DNA of 64,000 nucleotides from Octopus bimaculoides (Eukaryota), in the NCBI RefSeq assembly GCF_001194135.2, contig NC_068991.1, positions 71,968,065-72,032,064 of the forward strand, written 5' to 3'. The first letter of the stretch is position 1; each line of letters begins with the position of its first letter. A program made the position numbers and the translations under genes. Below the pieces are notes generated by a model. It ran no database searches. It was not told the DNA's origin and was given only the letters and a program-made list of their open reading frames with translations. Shown piece after piece: positions 50,301 through 61,340 of this stretch.

Positions 50301-53300
50301 TAGTTTAGGTAACCCATGCAATGGTAATTTCCGGTGTAAAAATACAGTTGGTTGGTACGAATGTCATCGTAAGTATTCTAATTGGAAACAACTTTGTTTA
50401 ATGTCACAAATATTTAACAAATGTTCTGAAGCAAGTAAAAGGAGATTTTTGTTTTTCTCTTTAAGAGTTGTAGGAATTGAGCAGTAGACCTGCTAAAGCT
50501 ATGTAACCAATTCATAAATTTCTTCTTTACTCAAAATCCTCCAGGCTTCTGATGTGTCTTCTACCTCTTTTGTAACTGATATAAATAGGCTTTTTAAAAA
50601 TTGTTGATTGAACCTGTTGTTGAATGACACAATAAATGGAGGAATTGAACACATCACAGAGTATTAAGGACTTTCTAGTTTGCTATTTGTTTATACTATT
50701 CATCTCCTTAAACCTTGCTAACTCTGAAATTGCCAGCCATCACTTCCTCTCCTCCAAGCCACTTGCCACCCACACCCATCTTCACTTCTGTTACCGTTCA
50801 TTATTCTCCCTCTCCACCATTCTCTCTTTCCGGTCACTTTTGTTTCTACTATCATACTCTTGCAACCTTCATTAATTCATCTTGGGTCTTCTGTCACCCT
50901 TCCCACCCCCAACTCTCATATTCATCTTCACAAACACAATCGCTTGAGGGAGTGAACACATAAGAATAGTGAGCTCGATCAAAGTTTGAAACTGATCTCT
51001 ATTATCAGACAGATGCAATGAAGAAGAAGCTTCTCTTCATCATCATCATCATCATCATCATCGTCTGCTTTCTATGCTGGCATGGGTTGGATGGTTTGGC
51101 TGCTCCAATCTGATCTGGCAATGTTTCCACAGCTGGATGCCCTTCCTAGCACCAACCACTCCAAGAGTGTAGTGGGTGTTTTTTACATGCCACCAGCATA
51201 GGGGCCAGTCAAGTGGCACTGGCACCAACTACACTTGAATGGTGCTATTTACGTGCCACCGGGACAGGAGCCAGTCAGGTGGCACTGGCATCAACCACAC
51301 TTGAATGGTGTTTTTTACATGCCACTGGCACGGGGGCCAGTCAAGTGGCACTGGCATCGACTACACTTGAATGATGCTATTTACGTGCCACCTGGCATCA
51401 ACCACACTTGAATGGCAGTTTTTTACATGCCACTGGCGCGGGGGCCAGTCAAGTGGCACTGGCATCGACTACACTTGAATGGTGCTATTTACGTGCCACC
51501 GGGACAGGAGCCAGTCAAGTGGCACTGGCATCAACCACGCTTAAATGGTGCTTTTTACATGCCACCAGCTCTGGCATTGGCTACACTCAAGTGGTTCTTT
51601 TTACGTGCCAACTAAATTCAATTTGTAATTAACAGATGTAACATTTAGACCAAGTTACTTTGTTCTTTACATATCTTACATTTTAGTCTCGACATTGACC
51701 TGTCTGGTACGACTACCTCTGATCCAGTTACAAACTCTCTCAGTCCATAACTTTATTTAAGAACCTTTTTGTTATATTCCAAGCACCACCTTTTAATAAT
51801 ACTTTCCACTAATACACACAAGGCCTGATATTTCTGCTGTAGGTACAACACCTGAGATAATATCAACTCCAGTTCTTGTCTGGTACTTATTATTTCATCA
51901 ACCAGCTTCTAATAATGAAAAAGCTAAACATTTTACTAAATCATTCCAAATCGATGCTTTTTCACAAAATTCATAAAAACACTTTGTGTGTATTTCTTTA
52001 CAAAGGCAATCACAGAAAAGTTATGTTTTTTGCCCACAGTTCCAACTTATGGTTTTTTTTTATTGTTTGGAACTAAATATTCCTAATCAGACATGTTTTT
52101 GTCTTTAAATATTATATTTTTGTCGTCAGGGTGTGATCTTTCTTGTGATGGCTGTACTGGAAATGGTCCAGAAAAATGTATTCGATGTGCTGACGGCTAT
52201 CGTCCAGTGGATGGTAAATGTACTGGTGAGTCGTTTTTCTTTTTCCCTCTTCCATATTTTAAAGCAAAAATAATTTCTATCAGAGACTTTTAAGATAAAT
52301 TATTTTTAATTGGTTTTTGCAATGACTTGTTGAGTGTTCACAGCTTTTGGCTCAAACACTGACCTGTTGTTAGCTTAAAATGGAAGTGACAAGTATTTTA
52401 GTATGGCTTCTGTAGTTTCATGAAGAATTGTCTTTTATAATTGATTCTTCAGTCACTTAACTGTAGTAACCAGATCAGGTGTTTTATATGAATAAATTCA
52501 TTTGTTTAACATCCATTTTTCCATGCTGAGAGTGTAGTGGGTACTTTTACGTGCTACTGGCATGAGGGCCAGTCAGGCAGTTCTGGCAACGACCATGTTT
52601 AAAAGGTGTTTTTTATGTACTACCTGCACAGGAGCCAGTCCGGTGGCACTAGCAATGACCACGCTCGAATGTTGTTTTTCATGTGCCGGTAAGGCGACAC
52701 TGGCAACAATCACGCTCGAATTGTGTTTTTTATGTGCCACCGACATGGGAGCCAATTCGTGGCCCTGGCAACGATCATGCTCAGATGTGCTTTTAACATT
52801 CCACTGGCACGAGTGCCAATCAGGTGGTACTATCATCGGCCAGTCAGTGATTTTAATTTGATTTCACTTGCCTCAACAGGTCTTCGCAAGCAAAGTTTAT
52901 TGTCCAATGAACGAGGGGTACTCATAAGTGGGCTGGTTACACCCCATGTTCGGATGTGCTTTTAACGTTTCACTGGCACGAGTGCCAATCAGGTGGTACT
53001 GTCATCGGCCACGTCAGCGATTTTGATTTCACTTGGATTTATGGTTTTGTTTTTGATGCCACTGTTAATGTTAGAAATGACTTCTTCTAAAAAAAACTGT
53101 ATTGTAGACATTGATGAATGTGCTGAGAATACCGATGACTGTGACACAGAAGTAAGTAGCTGTGAGAACCTGGAAGGGAAATACTTATGCAATTGCCATG
53201 AAGGATACGTCCAAGATAAAAACAAAGATTGTATAAAGAAACATAAAGGTAAGTTGATGTCAGAAGAATTTTATTAACTTTCAAAAGAACATGAACTGAT

Positions 53301-54882
53301 TCTTTTTTTTTTTTTTGGAATGTCTCAAAGCATGCACATAAAGCTATAAATGATAGCATGTAAATATCGGGTTGCAAAACCCTTTGGGATAGAAAAAGTT
53401 GAAAGCTGCCCATACGACATGAACCCACGGTCTCCTGTAGACATAGGCGTTCTACCACGGGCTGTCTTGGACTTTTCCTATCGAGAAGGGTTTTTCAACC
53501 TGGTTGTTACATGCTGTTATATACAGTTTTATATGTGTCTTTTGAGATATTCAAAAGAAAAAAAAAGAATTTTGAAGGTAAGTTAATTTGTCATGTGATG
53601 TGTTCATCAGGTTTTAACATTTTGTTTCCTGTTGAGTTTGTCTGACCTTTTCAGTATTTTGTGTTAGGAAAGGTAGCCAGCCATAGAAACCTTGTTTAAG
53701 GCAGACAGTAGAGCATGGCACAGTCCTCTGGCTTGTCAGCTCCTGTCAAACCATTCCATGCGTGCCAGCATGGAAGACAGAGGTTAAATGATAATGGTCA
53801 TGACAAGGTTGACACCAAATAAGGGTAACTGGTCTGGTTTGGTGGCTTCTCACACTGTCAGAGATGTAAGAACATGCTGTTGCAGTTTGGTTTTAGATTT
53901 GTTGTCTCAAGGAATGTTGCTTAATGGGACACAGTATAAACATACATCATGATAGAACTGGTAAGGTAAACAGTGAATGGAAATGGAAGGGCAGCCACAA
54001 GAATTTGTTGGCAAAAATGATCTGCATCAGTATAAACTTTATTGGTTGAAATAAAACAGAAAGAGGTGTATCCTAGAGCTTTTGTCAGAGAAGAAAAGAC
54101 CCTTTTTGGAGTGTCCTTTTAGTCTCTACCTCATCTCACGGCACACCAGCATACACCGTCTTTATATTTCTGATTAATTGAAATGCTTCGGCTGTGAATT
54201 TTGTTTGAGGTTTTGAAATACATATTCATTTCTTTATTGTCAACAGGGGGCTAAACATAGAGGGGACAAACATATTAAGATTGTTTTAGTTTAAGAGCTA
54301 CACTTTTCCATAGGAATAAACTGGAAAAAGCTTGTCAAAAATAATTTGTTTTCAATATAGATTGCATTATTAGCGTCTTTTTTTTATTTATTTGATATCG
54401 AATCTAGAATTGATCTTGGAATGTAGAGACTTGACACACTAAATATCAGGCTGGAATGTAGAGGTTTGGTCCAGTTTGTTGACAAAGGATTTAGGCTTGG
54501 AATGTAGAATTTGGACAGTAAGTAAAATTCTGGGATTTAAGTTTGGAATGTAGACGCTTGGGACCTAAAGTATCAGAATTCAGTTGGAGAGGGTTGGATT
54601 TGAGGTAAGAGAACTTGACAAATAATATTTTTGTTTTTAATAGAACTAAAAGGGCTTTTTTTTTTCTGTTTGATTTTTTCAGATATTTCCTTAAAAAAGA
54701 AGAAATCCAAAAAGTCTGAAGAGGGTAATGATAAAAGGGGTCTGCTGGTTTACTTTTTCATTCTTACAGGGATTGGAACAATGGGTCGGTTGATGCATGG
54801 TTATCCCCCTGCTGTTGCTATTATTCTGCTTTGGCTTGGGGGATACACCTTTTGGTTTGGGTCAGAAAACGATTCTCTTTGA
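35806..54882 (+). CDS. CRELD: Cysteine-rich with EGF-like domains protein (CRELD1/2 family), 411 aa, signal peptide and two C-terminal TM helices
   Basis: join(35806..35952,39102..39184,43558..43612,45287..45401,45782..45870,46865..46991,49188..49289,50288..50368,52130..52225,53108..53248,54683..54882) = 1236 nt, GT-AG, phases consistent. Motifs: CEAC, GNYGGGNTNWEE, CCPKNTYGPTC, GEGTRGGSGKCNC, furin-like repeats, two Ca-binding EGF (DINEC, DIDEC), CDGC. Confidence 0.95.
38181..38456. mobile_element. Foldback (near fully palindromic) MITE in CRELD intron 1
   Basis: Arms align from TTTTATTAAAG.GTAAAATTATCACAGA inward to the centre GAAT|ATTC at 38324/38325. Confidence 0.8.
39102..39184 (+). CDS. 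CRELD: CRELD exon 2
   Basis: cacag|GLKKTAKGNYGGGNTNWEENKLGSYAL|gtaagg. Confidence 0.95.
39690..41148 (+). mobile_element. 5'-truncated RTE-clade LINE (RT domain to (GAT)n tail)
   Basis: HQGSVHSPLLFIIVLQAIIEEFKTGCSWELLYADD; MLHGSETWAVTAEDMRKL; GRGRPRKTWDEVV; 3' UTR with hairpin repeats and GAC/GAT tail. A second C-terminal fragment lies upstream at 39290-39570. Confidence 0.9.
42081..42330 (+). mobile_element. tRNA-headed SINE-like element carrying a hammerhead (copy B)
   Basis: A box TGGCATAGTGG 42084-94; B box AGTTCGATTCC 42128-38; (AAT)n; body GAAAAATACCTTAGGAATGAGAACCCAGG; hammerhead; tail CAAATGTAAATAATGTAA. Confidence 0.8.
42236..42281 (+). ncRNA. Minimal type I hammerhead ribozyme (Penelope-type), intact core
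   Basis: Stem I GACAC/GUGUU; CUGAUGA core plus 1-nt insertion; stem II GGCUG/CAGCC; GAAA; palindromic AACGUU in place of stem III; predicted cut GUU after 42276. Confidence 0.75.
43000..43450 (-). mobile_element. RTE 3'-UTR-only element ((CAT)n on plus strand); representative copy
   Basis: Matches the 3' UTR of the RTE at 40740-41148. Other copies: 10680-11090, 13135-13315, 13465-13655, 16290-16490, 17090-17400, 25340-25670, 47680-48340 (two), 51040-51610, 52510-53050, 53660-53790. Confidence 0.85.
43558..43612 (+). CDS. CRELD: CRELD exon 3
   Basis: tttcag|(S)ETRMTEILEYLYKIEDKT|gtaagt. Confidence 0.9.
45287..45401 (+). CDS. CRELD: CRELD exon 4
   Basis: ttacag|AHSLLEQFEDRIENFWFKHFVKKTHVDFFQYFCITNAK|gtatga. 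Confidence 0.9.
45782..45870 (+). CDS. CRELD: CRELD exon 5
   Basis: tttcag|(V)CCPKNTYGPTCQPCHGGKERPCKKRGKCI|gtatga. Confidence 0.95.
46064..46358. mobile_element. Inverted pair of headless hammerhead-SINE bodies (CRELD intron 5)
   Basis: Minus copy 46064-46192 and plus copy 46220-46358; outer ends GCACATTATTTACAT / ATGTAAATAATGTGC are exact complements. Confidence 0.8.
46865..46991 (+). CDS. CRELD: CRELD exon 6
   Basis: ttccag|GEGTRGGSGKCNCTDGYIGELCDECDVGFYLGYKNDTHTVCH|gtaagt. Confidence 0.95.
49188..49289 (+). CDS. CRELD: CRELD exon 7
   Basis: ttctag|(L)CHKACKTSCTDNTPFTCDACGVGWKYSDEYGCD|gtaagt. Confidence 0.95.
49326..49947. mobile_element. hAT-type MITE with nested insertions
   Basis: TIRs CAGCATTTCTCAACC / GGTTGAGAAACCCTG; 8-bp flanks ctgtaaat / gtttaaat (6/8 match). 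Confidence 0.7.
49626..49673 (-). ncRNA. Second, unrelated minimal type I hammerhead
   Basis: Minus strand: GUCU-CUGAUGA-A-GGGAU(aucccuaac)AUCCC-A-GAAA-C-AGCU-G-UA/AGAC. Stem I GUCU/AGAC; palindromic ACAGCUGU at stem III. Confidence 0.6.
50288..50368 (+). CDS. CRELD: CRELD exon 8 (cbEGF)
   Basis: ttctag|(D)INECSLGNPCNGNFRCKNTVGWYECH|gtaagt. Confidence 0.95.
51175..51610. repeat. About 66-bp hairpin minisatellite within an RTE 3' UTR copy
   Basis: CTTGAAT recurs at 51234, 51300 and 51366, then after a partial unit at 51474 and 51540 (CTTAAAT). Confidence 0.85.
52130..52225 (+). CDS. CRELD: CRELD exon 9 (furin-like, CDGC)
   Basis: cgtcag|(R)CDLSCDGCTGNGPEKCIRCADGYRPVDGKCT|gtgagt. Confidence 0.95.
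53108..53248 (+). CDS. CRELD: CRELD exon 10 (cbEGF)
   Basis: ttgtag|(D)IDECAENTDDCDTEVSSCENLEGKYLCNCHEGYVQDKNKDCIKKHK|gtaagt. Confidence 0.95.
54683..54882 (+). CDS. CRELD: CRELD exon 11 (two TM helices, stop)
   Basis: tttcag|(D)ISLKKKKSKK...GLLVYFFILTGIGTMGRLMHGYPPAVAIILLWLGGYTFWFGSENDSL*. Confidence 0.85.
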
Positions 54883-56334
54883 TTCCGTATGTTTCACAGT
54901 GAGTGCTTAGTGTAAAAAGTGTGTGTCTGTGTGCACAAAACAGAAAGAAATTGTAATTATTTAAAAGAACCTTCTCTGTTCCAGTTCTTTCAAAGCAAAT
55001 CTCTAACAGGCTTTTATGGATAGAGCAACTGTGCAATGAATAATTGACAGCAGGAAGTGTTTCTTTCCTGGAAACTGTGTCATTTATTCTTGTTCCACCG
55101 ATGAAAACAGTTTACAAGCTACCACTTGCACTGTATATATTTACTATATTCTTTCTCTGTAGCATTACCAGGGAAGGGTAAAAGCCCTAAAGGTGTTTGG
55201 GGTCCCATCACGATGAAGACTACAGATCAAGTTAATACGAACTGAGTCTAACACTGTACAGGCTGCACCAACTAATGACTATATTAAAGGCAGCAGCAAA
55301 TGTTCATACCCAACTTTTTTAATATCTTGGGGGAAAGTTTCCCCTGTTTTATTTCATTTCCTATTAATCCTATTCTTTTGCACTCATTTTTAAAAAATCT
55401 AGTCGAATGAGAAAATGACTCCTAAGTAATTGATTGATGAAGAAATGTCACAGATCTCTGTGTAATGTTTTACAAAATGTGAAAAAAAATCTAGTTAATT
55501 CTCTGTCACACCTTGAATGGCTACAGCCAAGAGGTTAGCTCCAGCACCGAAATATTTCAAATTACACCTTCAATTCTTACACAGGATAATTGAAAGAATT
55601 CTATCATTATATATGCTAGAGCTGCTGCCAGTGTTTTTATTCATCACTGAATGTTTTAATTAACTCAGTATGCTCTGACTAATTAAAATGTTAATCTCTC
55701 ACCGAAATACAAATATTTGGAGAATGATGTTTACAACAAAAGCTAAATGAAAGTTATTACTGTCCAGCTTTAAAACACATGTTTTTTTGTGACGTGTCTT
55801 ATGTAATATGATTTAAATCTGAATTATACAGATTTTAAATATTATTTTAATTGTATATTTAGTTATTGTCTAGATTAAGTTATAGTGAGGGTTAACAGGA
55901 ACATTTTTTGTAAGCCAACTGACAACTATAGTACTGAATCAATGAAATTACCAAAAATCTTGAATGCAAACTGCAAATAATTTTATTTTTCCAAAGTATA
56001 ACACTCTCTTTGAACTGTTTTATACAAACACAAAAGAGACATACTGAATTTTGAAAATGACTTTTACATCATTTTCATAAAAATTTTGATTTTTTTTTTT
56101 TCTCATATTTTTTTTTTAACTACCTGGTATAATTTGATACTACTAACAGTATTTGATTTACTTATACTAAACCCAATCTACTAAAGATGTAATTAATTAA
56201 AAATCATTAACCCATTAATGCACACAATTTAATTTTCATTAAATGAACTGTACCAATGAAAAAATCACAAACGGATGATTATAAAATAGTTTGGTAATCA
56301 GTGAAAAGTTACTAATTATATTGAACAGTATTAA

Positions 56335-56555
56335 CCCTTTTGATACCAACCCGGCTGAAACTGCCCCTGGCTCTGAGTACAAATGTCTTGTTTTCATAAG
56401 TTATGAATTAAAATCTTCCACCAAACCTTAGTCACAATTTATGTTCCTAACACTAGCTTAATGATAACTAAGTTATTTTACTAAATTCTTTGTTATATTT
56501 AAAACAAATTGAAAGAAACACAGAGCATCTCGACAGAAATATGGTAACAAAAGGG
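56335..56555. mobile_element. piggyBac-type MITE
   Basis: TTAA|CCCTTTTG ... CAAAAGGG|TTAA. Confidence 0.8.
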
Positions 56556-57787
56556 TTAAAAATGGAACTAAATACTTCGTAACATATTTTCTGACTGTCT
56601 TGTTTTTTGTGAATACTTTGCATTAATGGGTTAATATAATAAGATTTATTTACATTGGTATTCAGGCTTCTTGTTACTGTTTTTGAAGCATCTGAGATTT
56701 TTTTTTTTTTGTTTTTGATCATTGTTGTGATCCAGTATGTTTTATTGTGTACTAAGTCTGAGGTTGCTATCTTAACAAACTGTTTTAAGGCCCAACTCTC
56801 ATTTCCTGAGATGTCAAATATTTTTGAAATAAACCTTCATATTTGATTGAGATAAAGCAGAATTGTATGCTTTTTTCTTTTTTTTCTGCGAGATTATCTC
56901 TACATTTTCGATTCATTATTGGGTCAGAAATAGTATTTGATTTATATCTGTTAAAATAAACAGGATGATGATGATGAGTCAGTGTGGGATATATTTATCC
57001 TTCTCTAGTCTAGTAAAACACTTAAGATGTTGTGGATCTATAGGAAAATAAATAACAGAGTTTATAGGATGAGATAGAAGTATTATGTTTTGGAAGTTGA
57101 TTGGATATCAATTCAATTCAACTAGTTTTTTCTTTTCTTATTTATGACACAAATTAATATTTTTTTTAATGTTAGTACAATTAATTAAATCTTCCAAATC
57201 TTTGATTACTTTGCATCATAGATTGTTTTAGGAAATAATTTCACTGTTATATTTCATTCATCTTGTTAATAAGCTGTAAAATAATGTAGTATTTATTTTA
57301 GGCAGTTTGAGTCGTTAACAGGTTATGATGTGCTTACGTTGTGGTTAAATTGGATAAATTCAGTTTCTTTTTTATCTTTTATGATCTAGAAGTATTTCTA
57401 TTACCACCAAATATAACTAAATAACAAAAGCAATTCAAATGATTTAGGTATTTACAGCTTGTTTTTATGTCAAGTGTTAAGCAACGATCTGGACATGTTG
57501 TCACTAATTGTCAAACAATAATGAATTGCTGAACAACTTCCAACGTATTTATAGTTGAGTTTGTGTTTTCGTGTCCTTGTTTATCTTGAAGCTGGTACCG
57601 AGTCTGATGTTTTTGTTGGTTTGGGAAAAGTTATTTCTCTGTGGACTGTGATTTTTGAATGTTATTAATCGGCAACATGTCACTAACAACACATAGATAG
57701 ATTCTTCTTTTTAAAAATCCAAATCTGCACTGTCACATAAAAGTAGATCTATTTAAATAACATTCACTTACAGCACTATCAAGCTAT

Positions 57788-58114
57788 GGTGAAGGTGTCT
57801 GGCTTAATGGTTAGGGCGTTCGACTCACAATCATAAGGTTATGAGTTCGATTCCCCCCCCCAGTGTGTTGTGTCCTTGAGCAAGACACTTTATTTCACAT
57901 TGTTCCTGTCCATTCGGCTGGCAAAAACGAATAATACCTGTATTTCAAAGGGCCAGCCTTGTCATATTCTGTGTCAGCTGTACCTCCCTGAGAATTACAT
58001 TAAGGGTACACGTGTCTGTGGAGTGCTCAGCTACTTGCACGTTAGTTTCATGAGCAGGTTGTTCTATTGATCGAATCAACTGTAACCTTCATCGTCGTAG
58101 CCGATGGAGTGCCA
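57788..58114 (+). mobile_element. tRNA-derived SINE with TGTCCTTGAGCAAGACACT central domain
   Basis: A/B boxes TGGCTTAATGG / GAGTTCGATTCC. Related copies: 14031-14281(-), 48690-48985(-); very old copies at 4800-5130 and 6060-6320. Confidence 0.75.
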
Positions 58115-58909
58115 GTTAACAGGTTATGGTTACATGAGATACATCTGATATGCAAGAAATGTTTGACCTATCTGGAAGCCTCTAGGGGACCAGCCTCATT
58201 ATCAAGATACTCTTCTGAGGACCATTTGTCAATAACTCGACCAAGTGTAGACTCTCCTATGAGCAGGGTGTACCATTTTAGTTAAATCCATTGTAAGGTT
58301 CTCACTGGCTTTAAAGTCTCAAATACTCAGCTCATATCTTCATATATTTTCATCTGTTGACTTATTTCTTATTTAGTGGTTTGGCCGGATATGATTTTTC
58401 TCTGGTTTAGCCATGTACCCTCTAGCTGACATTGTGTGGCCCAATGATGCTCTCTATTTTCGAGAAATACTATCCTTTCTAAGCTGAAGGCAATAGAAAT
58501 GAGTGCAGTGTATTTCATTTGTTACTGGCTAATCTGTTCTTCATTTTGAGCAAAAGGTTATGTTCCTTAGAGATTCAAATCTTAGCTAATCTCTGTATTT
58601 TCTCGGCCAGTGTGCTACTAAGCTGTGGTGGTTAGAAGTGAGAGTTTACTTCTAGCAAGACTGTCTTCCTATGTTAATACATTGTGTTTACTCAAAGCAT
58701 TGGTGTTTCAATATTCTCTTTGAAGTAGGGAGCAGTGTAACTTACTGTTCTTCTTTGTTGGTTGTGGCAATTACATGGCTACAACACTGTACTTGCTCTT
58801 AGTAATTTCTTTATTATTTTAGCAACAGTGAAGTCTGTTTTGCGGAAAAGGCCAGAGACACGTCCAGAGTTGCCTCCCATATTTATTGAAACATTTAAAG
58901 TATTATTAA

Positions 58910-59027
58910 CCCTTTGAGCCCGTAACATCGGTTTACCGGTGGATGGCTTGTTTTTCTCTATACTGTAGCATCGGTGGAGTGCCAGGTCTGTGGTCGAATA
59001 GGGTTCAGGAGGTTAGGGGTCAAAGGG
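58910..59027. mobile_element. Very short piggyBac-type MITE
   Basis: TTAA|CCCTTTGA ... TCAAAGGG|TTAA. Confidence 0.7.
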
Positions 59028-59345
59028 TTAATTATTCATTGAGCTTATGTCCTGGCCTCACCGTGTTAGTATTTGCAATTAGATTTTTGATCTCTATGTT
59101 AAACATATAAATTTCATACTGAGAAAAGGACGTTTAGAGGGAGGAATAACAAGGCACATTAACAGAAGTGGAACAGAAGTCAGCACTGTTCATAGAACAC
59201 AGTCACTGTAGTGTTTCTCCTTTGTTTGGAAAGAATGTTGTCATAAATCTTCAATGTCTTAAAAACCCAAATTAAATTCCTTTATGACTAACATTTCTGA
59301 CACCATCCCCATAACTCTTTCAATTGCAAAGAATAAACCCCAAAC

Positions 59346-59380
<35 letters not shown>

Positions 59381-59486
59381 AATATATCATATATATGTGT
59401 TTATATATATATATATATATATACATGCACACACACAAAAATATCATTTATATATATTTATATATATATTATTGAATAAGAAAAGA

Positions 59487-59700
59487 GAGATCTAATGGAT
59501 ACAATTTAATTTATTAATTAATCAAAATATTCACCTGCAATGTGTTGTAGGTGAATACCTTGATTTTCCATACAAGGTATTTAAAATGCAAAATTATATA
59601 TTTATATATGTTTTGTAATTATAATTTTGTTTGTGAAATGAAACAGTTGCAGGTGAATATGTTGATTAATTAATAAATTAATTTGTATCCATTAGATCTC
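59487..59700. mobile_element. MITE with 54-bp TIRs
   Basis: 59487-59540 versus reverse complement of 59647-59700: 2 mismatches. Confidence 0.8.
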
Positions 59701-59842
59701 CCTGTTTTCTAACTCAATAATAGTGTTTGATATTTTGTATAACATATTCATTGAAGAAATATCTCTTCAAAATATAATGTATTAAACCAGTGTATCTTGG
59801 ATAAAATATCCCTATAAGAGGTCTAAATATCCTCATTGCGAC

Positions 59843-59896
<54 letters not shown>

Positions 59897-60819
59897 ATGT
59901 GTGTGTGTGTGTGTATATGCATACATGCACATACACACATGTATGTATGTGTGTGTGTGTATATATATGTTGGTATTCGTGGGTTGAATTGAAAATGATT
60001 GTGAATTTGTTTTTTAAAATCATTTTCTAACTATTAGTTTGTCTGTTTCAATGTTTAACAAACTAAAAACAAAAAAAAACCTGTTCTAACTATTTTATTT
60101 AGTTTCATTCTTTAAAACCCAATATTTATTCATTTCAAANNNNNNNNNNNNNNNNNNNNNNNNNNNNNNNNNNNNNNNNNNNNNNNNNNNNNNNNNNNNN
60201 NNNNNNNNNNNNNNNNNNNNNNNNNNNNNNNNNNNNNNNNNNNNNNNNNNNNNNNNNNNNNNNNNNNNNNNNNNNNNNNNNNNNNNNNNNNNNNNNNNNN
60301 NNNNNNNNNNNNNNNNNNNNNNNNNNNNNNNNNNNNNNNNNNNNNNNNNNNNNNNNNNNNNNNNNNNNNNNNNNNNNNNNNNNNNNNNNNNNNNNNNNNN
60401 NNNNNNNNNNNNNNNNNNNNNAAAGAAACCTCTATGTAGTTGCTTGATCTGCTAGATACAGCAGCAGCCGTATTTCACTCAAATTGTCCTCTACTGTTTT
60501 TTAAAAGGAAAAGAACTAATCAAAAAATGGAAATTACATTTTGTTGTCTTTAAGAAAGAAAAGAAATCGTTGGGTAAAGTAGCCCAAGGTACTCTTAAAA
60601 AGGACAAGATAGTCATGGCTGGAATGCTTTTCATCATAAATCTGTTGGATTAGTTGACCTAGGGTTAAATGACCCCCCCCCCACTACTATCAACTAAACA
60701 TTTTAGATAGGTTTATTCATACAAAGACATCAAACATTTTCTGTTCATTCTTCAACCATTGTTTTTTTCAGTTTCTTTCAAAACCTCACCATCCTACTCT
60801 AACCACGAGTGGTACTCAA

Positions 60820-61340
60820 CTCCAGTCCTCACAAGTTGCTCCAAATTCTGTGCTTCATTATCACTGACGATCTCTTCTGGTGAAAGCACATCCTTTGCAG
60901 AGCTAGGACCACATCCCAAAGACAAACTGTGAAGAAATTATAGTCCTCAATGGCTGCTGATGCCTCACAAGGCTCGAGTGGGCCCACAATGGTATATTGC
61001 ACCATTATTCGAGATGGAACTGCTACTCTGCTCACTGACATCCTGTACTACATCCAGAGAAGAGCCACTCGGTTGACTGGCCTGCTACCACTTTGGCGTC
61101 TGACCCATAGATGTGCTTTTGCATTGCTACTATGATGGTCTTTGCTCTTCAGAGCTGGCTGCTGTCATACCTCCACTTCTCAGGTTCCTCGATACATTCA
61201 TCCCTCCATCTCTTGGCCACCTTGTTGTGTCTCCATTTCAACCACTATTCCCAATCCTGCTTCCTCTGGAAATCTCCTCCTTGCTCATGTCTTTCCTGCA
61301 GCAGTTTTAAAGGAATATGAACAGTATCAATCTCATTAGT
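60820..61340 (+). mobile_element. CR1/L2/Jockey-group LINE 3' fragment
   Basis: GPTMVYCTIIRDG...IQRRATRL...YYDGLCSSELAAVIPP...HVFPAA. Confidence 0.75.

Noticed and set aside
51175-51610. CRISPR-like array of palindromic repeats
   Set aside because: There are no unique spacers and no cas genes, the context is eukaryotic, and the units belong to the RTE 3' UTR.
58150-58900. Possible Ty3/Gypsy RT remnant (LGHTMSARGYMAKPEK on minus strand)
   Set aside because: Only one short motif among many stops; too degraded to call.
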